Assembly (NCBI GenBank): GCA_965219455.1
Contig: OZ244744.1
Location: 4,352,001-4,416,000 of the forward strand
Direction: 5' to 3'
From: Candidatus Latescibacterota bacterium
GTDB lineage: Bacteria > Latescibacterota > UBA2968 > GCA-2709665
DNA: 64,000 nt
The position numbers and the translations under genes are program-made. Under the pieces are notes generated by a model, which did no database searches, was not told the origin of the DNA, and worked only from the letters and a program-made list of their open reading frames with translations. Positions 19,778-29,506 of the stretch are shown piece after piece. How positions within the stretch are numbered: position 1 is the first letter of the stretch; every line of letters starts with the position of its first letter.

Positions 19778-21994
19778 ATGAAGTGGATCATTGCACTGTC
19801 TGTCCCGATTGTTGCGTTCGCATCCGCGGCGACAGCGGCGACGGTGGATTCGCTTCGGGTCGAGGCGGATGCGGACTTGAGCCGGTCCGAGCGTGCCATT
19901 GCCGCGCTGAAACAGGTGATCAACACCGGAAGGGAAACGGCGCAGGATCTTGTCCTTCTTGGACAGGCGTATCTGGATGCCGGCAACCGGAAGGCGGCCA
20001 AAAAAGCGTTCAGAAAGGCCGTCAAAAAAGGTGCGAAGGCGGCCGGGTACAACGGGCTGGGGTTGGCCTACATGGCTTCAAAACAGGGATTAAGGCGCGC
20101 GGAGACGAATTTCAGGCGGGCTCTAAAGGCCGACCCGGATTTGGCCGAGGCGCAGTACCACCTGGCGAGGGTTTACCTGGAAACACGGCGGCGTCGGGCG
20201 CGGGAAGCATTTGAGAAAGTGATTGAAATCGATGCCGACTACCCGGACGCGCATTACCAGGTGGGGTTGCTGCTGGAAACCGACGGCAAGCGACACGAGG
20301 CGATTTCCGCCTACCAGCGAGAGATCGAGGCAAATCCATCACACCCGCTTGCGGGAATCCGGCTGGCCCGTTTGTGGCTCGTTCTGGGCGAAAGTGCGGA
20401 GGCGGTCAACACCCTCTCAGGGCTGTTGAAGGGCGGGGGCGATGCCCGGATTTCGGCCAATCGCGACCTTGCGATCATTGGCCTTGTGAATGGGGATTTC
20501 GAGCGGGCGAACGAACTGTTCGAGGACTATTTTTCCTATCTTCCGGACGCCGAGCGGCGCAGATTTCGAGACATTTCTCTGGTGGCGGCCGACAAGGATC
20601 TGGCCCGTTACGTGGCGGCCCCGCCCGAGGAGAAGGATGCGCTCGCCGTGCGGTTCTGGAACCGGCGCGATCCGACGCCCCTCACCCCTGAAAACGAGCG
20701 CCTGCTGGAGCACTATCGGCGGGTAGCGTATGCGTTGGAACACTATACCAGGCCGGGGGGCGGCTGGGACAAACGCGGCGAGGTTTTCATCCGGCTGGGG
20801 GATCCGGACCATATCAGCAGTTGGGACGACGTCCAGGCCGAACGGAATCGGGAGGTACAGGAAGCGCGCGTGAATTTCGTGAACCGGTCCCGTATCGCGT
20901 TGGCTATTTCACCGGGGTTGCCCATTTTTCCCGTCTCTGCGAATGCAAGGTGGGAATATTGGGTCTATACACGGGTGGACGGCGGAATTGAGATTACTTT
21001 CGCGGAGGTCTTTAAGGGCAGGCGTTACGATTACGCCCCGTTTCCGCTCCGGATTGCGCCCCATCTCGGTGTCCACCTGGCCGATTATCAGGGCGGGGTG
21101 GTTATGCAGAATGTCGTGGCCAGGCGGCCTTCACTCTACACACCCGATTTCGCCGATCTGCCAATCGATTTCTTCTACTATCCAGCGGATTTCAAGGGTC
21201 CGAATTCCACAACGCGTCTGGAGGTCTACTACGGGTTGCCGGCATCCGAGGTGGTTCGGTTGAACGTGGATGAGAAGACGGATCTGATCTTGCTGGACCG
21301 GGGCGTGGCCTTCTTCGACAGTTTGTGGAATGAAGTTCATCGGGAGGTGGATCAGATGGCCTTCAAGGCGCCCACGGACCAGCAGGTTGCAGACGGCGCG
21401 TTCATTCCGGGCGTTATGCCCGTGGATTTGCCGCCGGGGACATACCATATGGCGCTACAGGTAAGGGACGTGGTTTCCGGAAAATCCCAGGTCTACCAGC
21501 AGGCGGTTATTCTGGAGGACTATCACAAACCATCCAGGCTGTTGGTCAGCGATATCGAACTGGCCTTCGCAACGGAGCCGACCGACGAAGCGTCGGGGGA
21601 CTATGTAAAAAACGGGCTTAAGGTAATTCCGATGTCGTCCCTGGCGTTCCGGAGCGAACAGAACGCGTTCGTCTATTTCGAAATCTATAATTTGAAACAG
21701 AATTCATTCGGACAAACGCGTTATCGAGTGGAATATACGTTGCGGTCGCAACGGGAAAGGGCGCTCCCTGCAAAGATTCTGCACGGACTGGGTCGGGCTT
21801 TCCGGCTGTCTGAAAAGGATCAGGAAATCGTTATTGCTTACGACCAGGCCGGCACCCGGCCGGATGAAGTTGCCTACGTCGAACTGGACCTGACCGAGAC
21901 GCAGGAGGGCGGGCAGCAGGTCAGGGTGGCGGTCACGGATCTGTTGGCGGATGATCGGGCTACAAAGGAGATTTCGTTCAGGATTGTGCCCTGA
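19778..21994 (+). CDS. secreted TPR + GWxTD-domain protein
   Basis: Signal peptide, TPR helices, FWNRRDPTP.T.ENE...EHYRRV.YA...WDKRGEVFIRLGDPD. Confidence 0.82.
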   Translation: MKWIIALSVPIVAFASAATAATVDSLRVEADADLSRSERAIAALKQVINTGRETAQDLVLLGQAYLDAGNRKAAKKAFRKAVKKGAKAAGYNGLGLAYMASKQGLRRAETNFRRALKADPDLAEAQYHLARVYLETRRRRAREAFEKVIEIDADYPDAHYQVGLLLETDGKRHEAISAYQREIEANPSHPLAGIRLARLWLVLGESAEAVNTLSGLLKGGGDARISANRDLAIIGLVNGDFERANELFEDYFSYLPDAERRRFRDISLVAADKDLARYVAAPPEEKDALAVRFWNRRDPTPLTPENERLLEHYRRVAYALEHYTRPGGGWDKRGEVFIRLGDPDHISSWDDVQAERNREVQEARVNFVNRSRIALAISPGLPIFPVSANARWEYWVYTRVDGGIEITFAEVFKGRRYDYAPFPLRIAPHLGVHLADYQGGVVMQNVVARRPSLYTPDFADLPIDFFYYPADFKGPNSTTRLEVYYGLPASEVVRLNVDEKTDLILLDRGVAFFDSLWNEVHREVDQMAFKAPTDQQVADGAFIPGVMPVDLPPGTYHMALQVRDVVSGKSQVYQQAVILEDYHKPSRLLVSDIELAFATEPTDEASGDYVKNGLKVIPMSSLAFRSEQNAFVYFEIYNLKQNSFGQTRYRVEYTLRSQRERALPAKILHGLGRAFRLSEKDQEIVIAYDQAGTRPDEVAYVELDLTETQEGGQQVRVAVTDLLADDRATKEISFRIVP

Positions 21995-22060
21995 ACACAG
22001 ACCGTCCGGGGGTGTTTTACGCATTTCCGTTCACGTGCTTTCTTGCGCTGTGCATCGTGA

Positions 22061-23518
22061 ATGGCGTCCGTTATCGGGAGAAACATGGCGGGACAGGCCA
22101 ACTTGTCGGTGATTCCTTCGGTTGACGCGGTACTGGCCGATCCTGAGGTGCGGGCGTTGCGCGAACGCTGCGATCAGCCGCTGGTTACGCGTTTCGTGCG
22201 GGAGGGTATCGACGACGTCCGACAGGCCATGCTCAGCGGCGAAGCGATCGGCGAATCCAGGGATGCGCTCGTGGCGCGGGTGGTCCGCCGGGCTTGTCTT
22301 CGCGTGGCCCGCATAACCGATCCCGGTCTCAAGCGGGTGGTAAACGCCACTGGAATCGTGTTGCACACAAACCTCGGACGCGCGCCACTGGCGGATGCGG
22401 CCGCCCGCGCGGTCGCCGGGGTTGCCTCGGGATACAGCAATCTCGAAGTGGATCTGGAATCCGGCCGGCGCGGGTTCCGATCGGCGCTGGTTGAGGAGTT
22501 GCTGTGTGCGTTAACGGGCGCTGAAGCGGCCGCCGTGGTCAACAACAACGCGGCCGCCGTATTGTTGACTCTGAATTCGCTGTGTCTGGGTAAAGAGGCG
22601 GTGGTCTCACGAGGCGAATTGATCGAAATCGGAGGATCCTTCCGCATCCCGGAAATTATGGAGCGCAGCGGCGCTGTAATGGTCGAGGTAGGAACAACCA
22701 ACCGGACCCACCTTCAGGACTATGAGGCAGCCCTGACCCAGCGCGCCGGTATGATGCTGGCGGTGCACCCCAGCAATTACAAGGTGATGGGCTTTACGGC
22801 TGCGGTTTCGCTGGAGGATCTGGTTGCGCTGGGCAATCGGCGCAGCGTGGCCGTGGTTCACGATCTGGGAGGCGGTGCTCTGGTGGACATGCGCGAGTTC
22901 GGTCTGCCTCACGAGCCCCTCGTATCGGACAGCGTGGCGGCTGGCGCCGACGTGGTAACGTTCAGCGCCGACAAGGTGTTGGGCGGCCCTCAGGCGGGCA
23001 TTCTGGTGGGGACGAGAGACGCCATCGAGACGATCCGACGGAATCCGCTCATGCGGGCGCTGCGATGCGGTAAACTGACCTACGCCGCGCTCGCGGCAAC
23101 CTTGAGGCTCTTCCTGAACCGTAAAAAATTGTTACGGGCGCATCCCACGCTTGGGATGTTGACCGTGCCTGTCTCGAACCTGAAGCGACGGGGCCTGCGG
23201 AGCCTGTCGCGGCTGAGTAAGCTGCAGGATAAAGGGCTGCGGGTTGAATTGGTGGATTCAGTCGCCCAGACGGGAAGCGGCGCGATGCCGCTGGAGGAGA
23301 TCGCAAGCCTGGCGCTTTGTGTGTCTTTGGTTGGTGGATCCGTGACTGACCTTGCGGCACGACTGCGTGCGGCCGACCCGCCGGTGATCGGATACGTGCG
23401 GGACGATCGACTGTTTCTGGATTTACGGACGGTGGCTGCAGGCGAGTTGCGCCACGTCGAGGCCGCGCTGCGCCGGGCGGTGGGGATAGGTGTGGAGTCA
23501 GTCTCATGTCACACGTGA
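22061..23518 (+). CDS. selA: L-seryl-tRNA(Sec) selenium transferase (alternative start 22085)
   Basis: VNATGIVLHTNLGRA, VNNNAAA, SRGELIEIGGSFRIP, EVGTTNRT, FSADKVLGGPQAG. Confidence 0.96.
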   Translation: MASVIGRNMAGQANLSVIPSVDAVLADPEVRALRERCDQPLVTRFVREGIDDVRQAMLSGEAIGESRDALVARVVRRACLRVARITDPGLKRVVNATGIVLHTNLGRAPLADAAARAVAGVASGYSNLEVDLESGRRGFRSALVEELLCALTGAEAAAVVNNNAAAVLLTLNSLCLGKEAVVSRGELIEIGGSFRIPEIMERSGAVMVEVGTTNRTHLQDYEAALTQRAGMMLAVHPSNYKVMGFTAAVSLEDLVALGNRRSVAVVHDLGGGALVDMREFGLPHEPLVSDSVAAGADVVTFSADKVLGGPQAGILVGTRDAIETIRRNPLMRALRCGKLTYAALAATLRLFLNRKKLLRAHPTLGMLTVPVSNLKRRGLRSLSRLSKLQDKGLRVELVDSVAQTGSGAMPLEEIASLALCVSLVGGSVTDLAARLRAADPPVIGYVRDDRLFLDLRTVAAGELRHVEAALRRAVGIGVESVSCHT

Positions 23519-25404
23519 TCATCGGTACGGCAGGTCATATCGATCATGGCAAGACCGCGCTGATCAAGGCGCTTACGGGTATCGATACGGATACGCTCCC
23601 GCAGGAGAAGGAACGGGGGGTGACGATCGATATCGGATTTGCATACTGGAAGGACCATGTCACAATAATCGACGTGCCCGGTCACGAACGGTTTGTGAAG
23701 AATATGGTGACGGGCGTATGCACTGTGGATCTCGCGTTGTTTGTGGTTGCGGCGGATGACGGGGCCATGCCCCAGACACGTGAGCATCTGGGTATTCTGA
23801 ATCTTCTGGGGGTGCGACGGGGCGTTGTAGCGCTGAATAAGGTGGACCTGGTGGAGCCGGATTGGACGGAGTTGGTGGAGGAGGACTTGCGCGATCTGTT
23901 TGAAGGGACGTTTCTGGATGGCGCGCCAATCGTGTCGGTGTCTGCAGTGACCGGCGAAGGGATTGAGACGCTTCGGGAATTGCTGGAGGAGGAAATCGAG
24001 AAGGTGGAGGAGCGCCCGGATGGCGGGGTGTTCCGTCTGCCCGTGGATCGGGTGTTCTCGATGAGGGGATTCGGTACGGTCGTGACCGGCACCGTACTGT
24101 CCGGCCGGGTTCGGGTGAAGGACGTGGTGATGCTCCAGCCGGCCGACAGGGCTGTACGGGTGCGTGGCGTGCAGGTGCACGGCAGGGACGTGGATACGGC
24201 CCACGTCGGTCATCGAGCGGCGATCAATCTGGCCGACGCGGAAGTGGATCAGGTCACGCGGGGCGATCTTCTGGCACAGCAGGGTTATTTCAGTTCCACC
24301 TATATGCTTGACGCGCGCCTGTGGTTGTTGAAGGATGCGCCGGTGTCACTGAAGAACCGGGCGCGGGTGCATCTGCACCTCGGTCCCCGCGAAGTGCTGG
24401 CGCGTGTGATTCTTCTGGAGGCCGACGAGTTGGCGCCCGGCGAGTCCCAGTTGGTGCAGTTCCGCCTGGAAGGCCGCGGCGTGGCCGCCCGTGGAGACCG
24501 TTATGTGATCCGACGTTATTCGCCCGTACAAACGCTGGGGGGCGGGGTGGTGCTGGATGCGCAGCCGGTGAAGCATCGCCGTTTTCGAGAGGATACGTTG
24601 GAAAGGCTGCGTGGGTCCGAGGTTGAGGATCCCACCCGGGTGCTGGCCCTTCGGCTGAAGGCGGCGGGATTTCGGGCGCTTTCAGCCAGTGACCTTGCGG
24701 CGGCGTTGGGCCTGTCTCTGTCCGAAACAGACGATCGGCTGCAGGGTCTGCTGGCGGATGGAGAAGCATTCGGCTTTCGCCACGCGGGAGAGGCCATTTA
24801 CGTCCATACGGACTCCTGGCAGTTGCTTCTGGAGCGAATAGAGGAAGCGTTGTCGGGCTACCATCGGACAAACCCGCTCAAGACTGGCGTCTCGCGCAAC
24901 GAACTTCGCCTCCGGGTGGCGGGAGAGCCGCCCGTGGGTCTTGTTGAGCATGCAATCGATTGTCTGCTTTCTCAGGAGGTGTTGACGCCCGTGGGTCCCC
25001 TGTTGCGTATGGCCAATCACCGGATCCGATTTTCGGGGGAACAGCGCCGGATCAGAAAGGAAATCCTGGTGCTGTTGCTGGAGGGTCGGGCGGCGCCTCC
25101 CGATTTGAATGAGATTGGCACACAACTGCCGCAAAATTCCGCGGAGGTTCACGCTGTTGCAGCCGCCATGCAGGCCATGGGCGAGATTGTAAGGCTCGAC
25201 GAGTATCTTATGTTTCCTCCACACACGCTGGAGGAGATTGAGCAGGGTCTCGTGGGTTATCTGCAACGAAACCGCGAAATGAGTGTTTCAGCTTTCCGTG
25301 ATCTGGTCGGCACCACGCGCAAATATGCCGTTCCGTTGTTGAACTATTTCGACAATAGGGGCGTCACAATAAGGCAGGGGGACGTCAGGGTGCTGGCGGG
25401 ATAG
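23506..25404 (+). CDS. selB: selenocysteine-specific elongation factor
   Basis: [26 protein letters not shown]-terminal [13 protein letters not shown] winged helix. Confidence 0.96.
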   Translation: MSHVIIGTAGHIDHGKTALIKALTGIDTDTLPQEKERGVTIDIGFAYWKDHVTIIDVPGHERFVKNMVTGVCTVDLALFVVAADDGAMPQTREHLGILNLLGVRRGVVALNKVDLVEPDWTELVEEDLRDLFEGTFLDGAPIVSVSAVTGEGIETLRELLEEEIEKVEERPDGGVFRLPVDRVFSMRGFGTVVTGTVLSGRVRVKDVVMLQPADRAVRVRGVQVHGRDVDTAHVGHRAAINLADAEVDQVTRGDLLAQQGYFSSTYMLDARLWLLKDAPVSLKNRARVHLHLGPREVLARVILLEADELAPGESQLVQFRLEGRGVAARGDRYVIRRYSPVQTLGGGVVLDAQPVKHRRFREDTLERLRGSEVEDPTRVLALRLKAAGFRALSASDLAAALGLSLSETDDRLQGLLADGEAFGFRHAGEAIYVHTDSWQLLLERIEEALSGYHRTNPLKTGVSRNELRLRVAGEPPVGLVEHAIDCLLSQEVLTPVGPLLRMANHRIRFSGEQRRIRKEILVLLLEGRAAPPDLNEIGTQLPQNSAEVHAVAAAMQAMGEIVRLDEYLMFPPHTLEEIEQGLVGYLQRNREMSVSAFRDLVGTTRKYAVPLLNYFDNRGVTIRQGDVRVLAG

Positions 25405-25534
25405 ACGCAAGCGTCGATTCAGGGATCGAGTCGCTTGCCGCTTTTTGGCTTTCGGCAGGATTTCGGTCGCTGGGGATGGTTCTGCCGTACAACACGTCAG
25501 GATGCCATGATCGCCGGCAGCCTGCCCTTTGTGC

Positions 25535-25632
25535 GGGAGTGGATGGGGCACTGGTGGCCCTCGCGGGCTTCAAACCCGTTGCGGCGTGCTAATCACGCGC
25601 TGGGTGGGTTCGATTCCCACACATTCCCGCCA
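25535..25632 (+). tRNA. selC: tRNA-Sec (anticodon TCA)
   Basis: GCGGG-CTTCAAA-CCCGT anticodon arm, long variable arm, GTGGG-TTCGATT-CCCAC T arm, GCCA end; next to selAB. Confidence 0.95.
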
Positions 25633-25640
25633 TCATCGGG

Positions 25641-25674
25641 AGTGGGGGCCTCACACGGGGCCCCCGCTTCTGTT
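25641..25674 (+). terminator. terminator-like hairpin after selC
   Basis: GTGGGGGCCTC...GGGGCCCCCGC followed by TTCTGTT. Confidence 0.6.
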
Positions 25675-25683
25675 AACGAGTCG

Positions 25684-25712
25684 TTGACAAAAAAGACGCT
25701 CCGATGTAACTT
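25684..25712 (+). promoter_or_regulatory. sigma70-type promoter
   Basis: TTGACA-17 bp-TAACTT upstream of ORF 25785. Confidence 0.55.
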
Positions 25713-25784
25713 CGAATTCAGAAATCAGGATCGGTGTATTCCCCGCGGCTCAAACAGAGTTGATGCATTTACACGGGGTTCCAT

Positions 25785-26678
25785 ATGGCAAGATGGCCTG
25801 GTGTCTTGATGTTGATCGTTTTACAAACCAGCGCAGCCCATGGCTGGTGGGTCCGCGGGCACAGTATCGTCAGCAAAGCAGCCGTAGCCTCGCTGCCGGA
25901 GCAGATGCCGGGCTTCTTTCGGGCCGGGGGAGACGCCATCTCGCACTACGTGTGGGACCCCGACCTGGCCAGGAATCGCGGTACCCCTATTGCGCGCCAT
26001 GCGGAGGGTCCGGAGCACTATTTCAATCCGGAGCGCTTGAAGGATCCGACGTTGCCCGCCGACCGAAACGGATTTATGCACGTATGCGCGAACCAGGGAG
26101 TCGCGCCGCACAAAGCGGGTTTTCTCCCTTATTCGGTAGCGGAATGGACGCAGAGGCTGGCGGTGGCGTTTGCCGAGCACCGGCGCTGGCCCGACAATCC
26201 CTTCATCAGGTGGAAGTGTCTGATGTACGCGGGTTTTATTGCGCATTACGCCCAGGATCTGTGCCAGCCGCTGCATGTGACCATGTACTATGACGGCCGG
26301 CCCGGCCCGGACGGCTCCGTGCAATCGACCGGCATACATTCCAGAGTGGACGATCTGATCCGCAGGCTTAACCCGGCGCCCGGCGACCTGGCTCGAGGTC
26401 TGGAGCCGGTGGCGTTGGATAGCCTGATGGCTGGAATTGTTGTGCAGATCGAGAACAGCAGGTCGTTCATCGATGCCGTATACGGCCTGGAGGATCGAAT
26501 GCCGCCCGCGGGTGAAGGCGAATGGACGCCGGTTCCCGAGGTCGTGGCCTTTGGTGTGGAACGTGCGCGGGAGGCGGCGAGGTTTACCGCTTCGCTTTAC
26601 CTGACGGCCTGGCGTCTGTCTGAAAAGTTGAAATTCGAGGATTGGGTGGAGCGGGATGGAGAAACCGCTGCGGAATGA
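25785..26678 (+). CDS. secreted S1/P1 nuclease / Zn-phospholipase C-like protein
   Basis: Signal peptide followed by WW..GH, PD, H, HYAQDLCQPLH, GIH Zn-ligand pattern. Confidence 0.75.
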   Translation: MARWPGVLMLIVLQTSAAHGWWVRGHSIVSKAAVASLPEQMPGFFRAGGDAISHYVWDPDLARNRGTPIARHAEGPEHYFNPERLKDPTLPADRNGFMHVCANQGVAPHKAGFLPYSVAEWTQRLAVAFAEHRRWPDNPFIRWKCLMYAGFIAHYAQDLCQPLHVTMYYDGRPGPDGSVQSTGIHSRVDDLIRRLNPAPGDLARGLEPVALDSLMAGIVVQIENSRSFIDAVYGLEDRMPPAGEGEWTPVPEVVAFGVERAREAARFTASLYLTAWRLSEKLKFEDWVERDGETAAE

Positions 26679-26732
26679 CAAGTACCCGCCCGGGTGACAT
26701 CGGCCATGAGGATGCTCAGTGAAGGCGTGCGG

Positions 26733-28052
26733 ATGAAATTCTTGATGATTGCCGTCGACAGCCTGCGAGCTGATCGACTCGGATGCTACGGTTATGACCG
26801 GCCAACCACTCCGTTTATCGATACCCTTGCAGGCCACTCGACGGTGTTCGAGAATTGCTATGCGCCTTCGATTCCCACGCAACCCTCGTTTACGACCATG
26901 TTCACCGGACAATTGCCGACCACGCATGGGATCGTGGCGCATCGGGGCCGCTGGTCTTTAGATGAGCGCGCGCCGTTCCTGCCCGAATACCTGCAGCGGG
27001 CCGGGTACGCCACGGCGGCCGTGGACAATCTGGCGGTGCATCACAAACCCTGGTTTTCCAGAGGATTCGATGTCTGTCTGAATCCACGGGAGTCGGGTAC
27101 GTATCCGAATTGTTTTCGGTTTAACGAGCTTGCCATTGAGTGGCTGAAAGCCCGCGGCCGCGAGCCTTTTTTTCTCTTTGTACACTATTGGGATCCTCAC
27201 ACGCCCTACATGCCTCCCGGCCGGTATAGAGACCTTTTCTATTCCAGCGATCCGACGGTTGAAAACAGGGGCAGCCTCGACGACTTTTACCGGCGGCCCC
27301 TGAGAACGTGGTGGCCGTCCGGCTGGCTCGGACGGATGGCGTCCGAGTGGCCGGATGCGGCGGGTGCACAGATATCCGATATCGAATTTGTGCGCAGCCA
27401 ATACGATGCCGAGGTGAGGTGTGTGGACGATGGAATTCAGGAGTTGCTGGTGGCGCTTGATGAGTTGGGTATCGAGGAAGAGACAGCAGTTTTTATTTTT
27501 AGCGACCACGGCGAGGAATTGGGTGAGCACGGCATCTACTTCGATCACCATGGATTGTACGAGAGCGACATCCGGGTGCCGTTAATTGTGCGTTGGCCGG
27601 ACCTCGACTTCAATGGAACCCGCGTCCGGTCACTGGTTCAACACACGGATCTGGCGCCGACGGTCCTGGAGGGCGCCGGTCTGCCGGTCCCTCACAAGAT
27701 GGATGGCCGTTCGATGCTCCCCTTCATCCGCGGCGAGGCTGATGCCGGAATCGGGGAGCTGCTGCTCACCCAGGAGTGCACCTGGATGGCCAAATGGGCT
27801 GTTTGCGAAGGGGGATGGAAGCTGATTGTCGCCCGGGAGCCGGATTTTTACGGGAATCCCATGCTGGAACTGTATGACTTGAACGGCGATCCCGGTGAGC
27901 GGCACAACCTGGCGCGGGAGTTGCCCGGAAGAACACAGGAAATGGGTGAAATCCTGGCCTCGGAGTTATCCCGTAGGCTGGCGCGAGGCGGACGAACCGA
28001 AGACCCGGTAGTAGCGCACGGGATTACACTCGGCAAGGAGATGTATGCGTGA
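26733..28052 (+). CDS. sulfatase-fold hydrolase
   Basis: VDSLRAD.LGCYGY, TPFID, PTQPS.TTMFTG, HYWDPHTPY, SDHGE, ELYDL..DPGE. Confidence 0.88.
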   Translation: MKFLMIAVDSLRADRLGCYGYDRPTTPFIDTLAGHSTVFENCYAPSIPTQPSFTTMFTGQLPTTHGIVAHRGRWSLDERAPFLPEYLQRAGYATAAVDNLAVHHKPWFSRGFDVCLNPRESGTYPNCFRFNELAIEWLKARGREPFFLFVHYWDPHTPYMPPGRYRDLFYSSDPTVENRGSLDDFYRRPLRTWWPSGWLGRMASEWPDAAGAQISDIEFVRSQYDAEVRCVDDGIQELLVALDELGIEEETAVFIFSDHGEELGEHGIYFDHHGLYESDIRVPLIVRWPDLDFNGTRVRSLVQHTDLAPTVLEGAGLPVPHKMDGRSMLPFIRGEADAGIGELLLTQECTWMAKWAVCEGGWKLIVAREPDFYGNPMLELYDLNGDPGERHNLARELPGRTQEMGEILASELSRRLARGGRTEDPVVAHGITLGKEMYA

Positions 28053-28154
28053 GTCGCGCAATGGTACGGCTGGCAGGCAATACAGCCCGAGTTTGCGGCG
28101 AATATGGGAAATAGGGCAGGCGCGAAGGGGAAACATGGCACAGGATAAGTCTTC

Positions 28155-28892
28155 ATGCGTGACTACAATGAGGTGGTTAAACGCACCGAGGCGCTTTCGC
28201 GCCGGGGTGCCCGTGTCGACGTGCTGGATCGGATAAACGGGTATCCTGTTTTTTGTGTATCCCGCTGCACTGATCCGTCGCTACCCGCGATATACGTCAA
28301 CGGCGGAACACATGGCGACGAACCGGCCGGGATGCAAGGGGCGCTGGCATTCCTCGAAGCGCTGCAGGAACGGTGGCTGGATCGGTTCCAATTTGACGTA
28401 ATTCCTTGTTTGAATCCTTACGGTTACGTCCACAATACCCGGTTGAATGCCCAGGAGGTGGACATCAACTGGGCATTTTTGCGAAAAGACGTGCCGGAGA
28501 TCGACGTTGTCAAGCGGTTTATTCAGGGGAGGAAGTTTGCAGCCATAATGGATCTGCATGAAGACTGGGAGAGCCCGGGGTACTATCTTTACGAGCAGGT
28601 TCGCGGATTGACGCCCGCGGGACCCCCGATTGCTCAGCAGGTGTCCGGGGTCTGTCCGCTGAATACACAATCCAGGATTGAGGGCGAAATTGCGAAAAAC
28701 GGGGTGATTTTTCCGGACCTGCAGGTGGAAAAGCGGCGTCTTGGCGGGGGCGTGCCGATCGCACTTTTCAAGCAAGCGTATACGGATCGTTTGATTACGT
28801 CTGAGTCGCCGTCGGCGTTAACGATGGACGTGCGGGTTCAGGCGCACCTTGTTGCGCTGGAGGCGTTGCTTGAGGTTCATGCCGGAGGATAG
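28155..28892 (+). CDS. M14 family Zn-carboxypeptidase / succinylglutamate desuccinylase-like protein
   Basis: GGTHGDEPAG, NPYG, DIN, DLHED motifs. Confidence 0.8.
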   Translation: MRDYNEVVKRTEALSRRGARVDVLDRINGYPVFCVSRCTDPSLPAIYVNGGTHGDEPAGMQGALAFLEALQERWLDRFQFDVIPCLNPYGYVHNTRLNAQEVDINWAFLRKDVPEIDVVKRFIQGRKFAAIMDLHEDWESPGYYLYEQVRGLTPAGPPIAQQVSGVCPLNTQSRIEGEIAKNGVIFPDLQVEKRRLGGGVPIALFKQAYTDRLITSESPSALTMDVRVQAHLVALEALLEVHAGG

Positions 28893-28895
28893 CGC

Positions 28896-29405
28896 GTGGG
28901 AAAACCCGACCTGAAATCGGCGCGGATGAAGCGTGCTTACCGCATCAGCGCGGAGGATGTTGTAGAGCCGGCGATGTCGGTCGAGGATTGGATGAACTTT
29001 GAGAAAGGCGTGAGGCTCTTCAACGGCCGGGAGCACTGGGAAAGCCACGAGGCCTGGGAGCAGGTGTGGCGGCGACATACCGAGCCGAGCCGGATTTTCT
29101 TTCAGGGCCTGATCCAGCTCGCCGCGGCGTATCATCAGCTTCAACGAGGGATCTATCACGGGACGGTAAAGCACTACAACAACTCATATTTCAAGCTGAA
29201 ACAGTTTCCCCGCCGGTTTCTGGGTGTGGATGTAGGCGTTCTCAAACGGAAAATCGAGCATGGGCTGGCCGAGGTGGAGCGGCTGGGGCCGGAAAGGATG
29301 GATGAGTTTCCACAGGATCTGGTGGCGGAGGTGATATTCGTGCGGCCGCCGAGGGCTGAGGGTCGTGCAAGGGGTGTCGGCGGACTGCATGGCGCCAATC
29401 GATAG
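28896..29405 (+). CDS. DUF309 family protein
   Basis: LFN...WESHEAWE.VW...FQGLIQLAAA. Confidence 0.85.
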   Translation: MGKPDLKSARMKRAYRISAEDVVEPAMSVEDWMNFEKGVRLFNGREHWESHEAWEQVWRRHTEPSRIFFQGLIQLAAAYHQLQRGIYHGTVKHYNNSYFKLKQFPRRFLGVDVGVLKRKIEHGLAEVERLGPERMDEFPQDLVAEVIFVRPPRAEGRARGVGGLHGANR

Positions 29406-29443
29406 ACATGTTCGTGGTTCTGCCAATCAGGAAGATCCCATAC

Positions 29444-29478
29444 AAAAAGGCCCCGGACATCAGCGTCCGGGGCCTTTT
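29444..29478. terminator. bidirectional intrinsic terminator
   Basis: AAAAAGGCCCCGGAC-ATCAGC-GTCCGGGGCCTTTT between convergent genes. Confidence 0.85.
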
Positions 29479-29506
29479 CCCTTCGGTTTGGGACAGAACA
29501 CTCTAT

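Noticed and set aside
25535-25700. Genomic island integrated at selC
   Set aside because: There is no integrase next to it and no duplicated tRNA 3' end was seen in the window.
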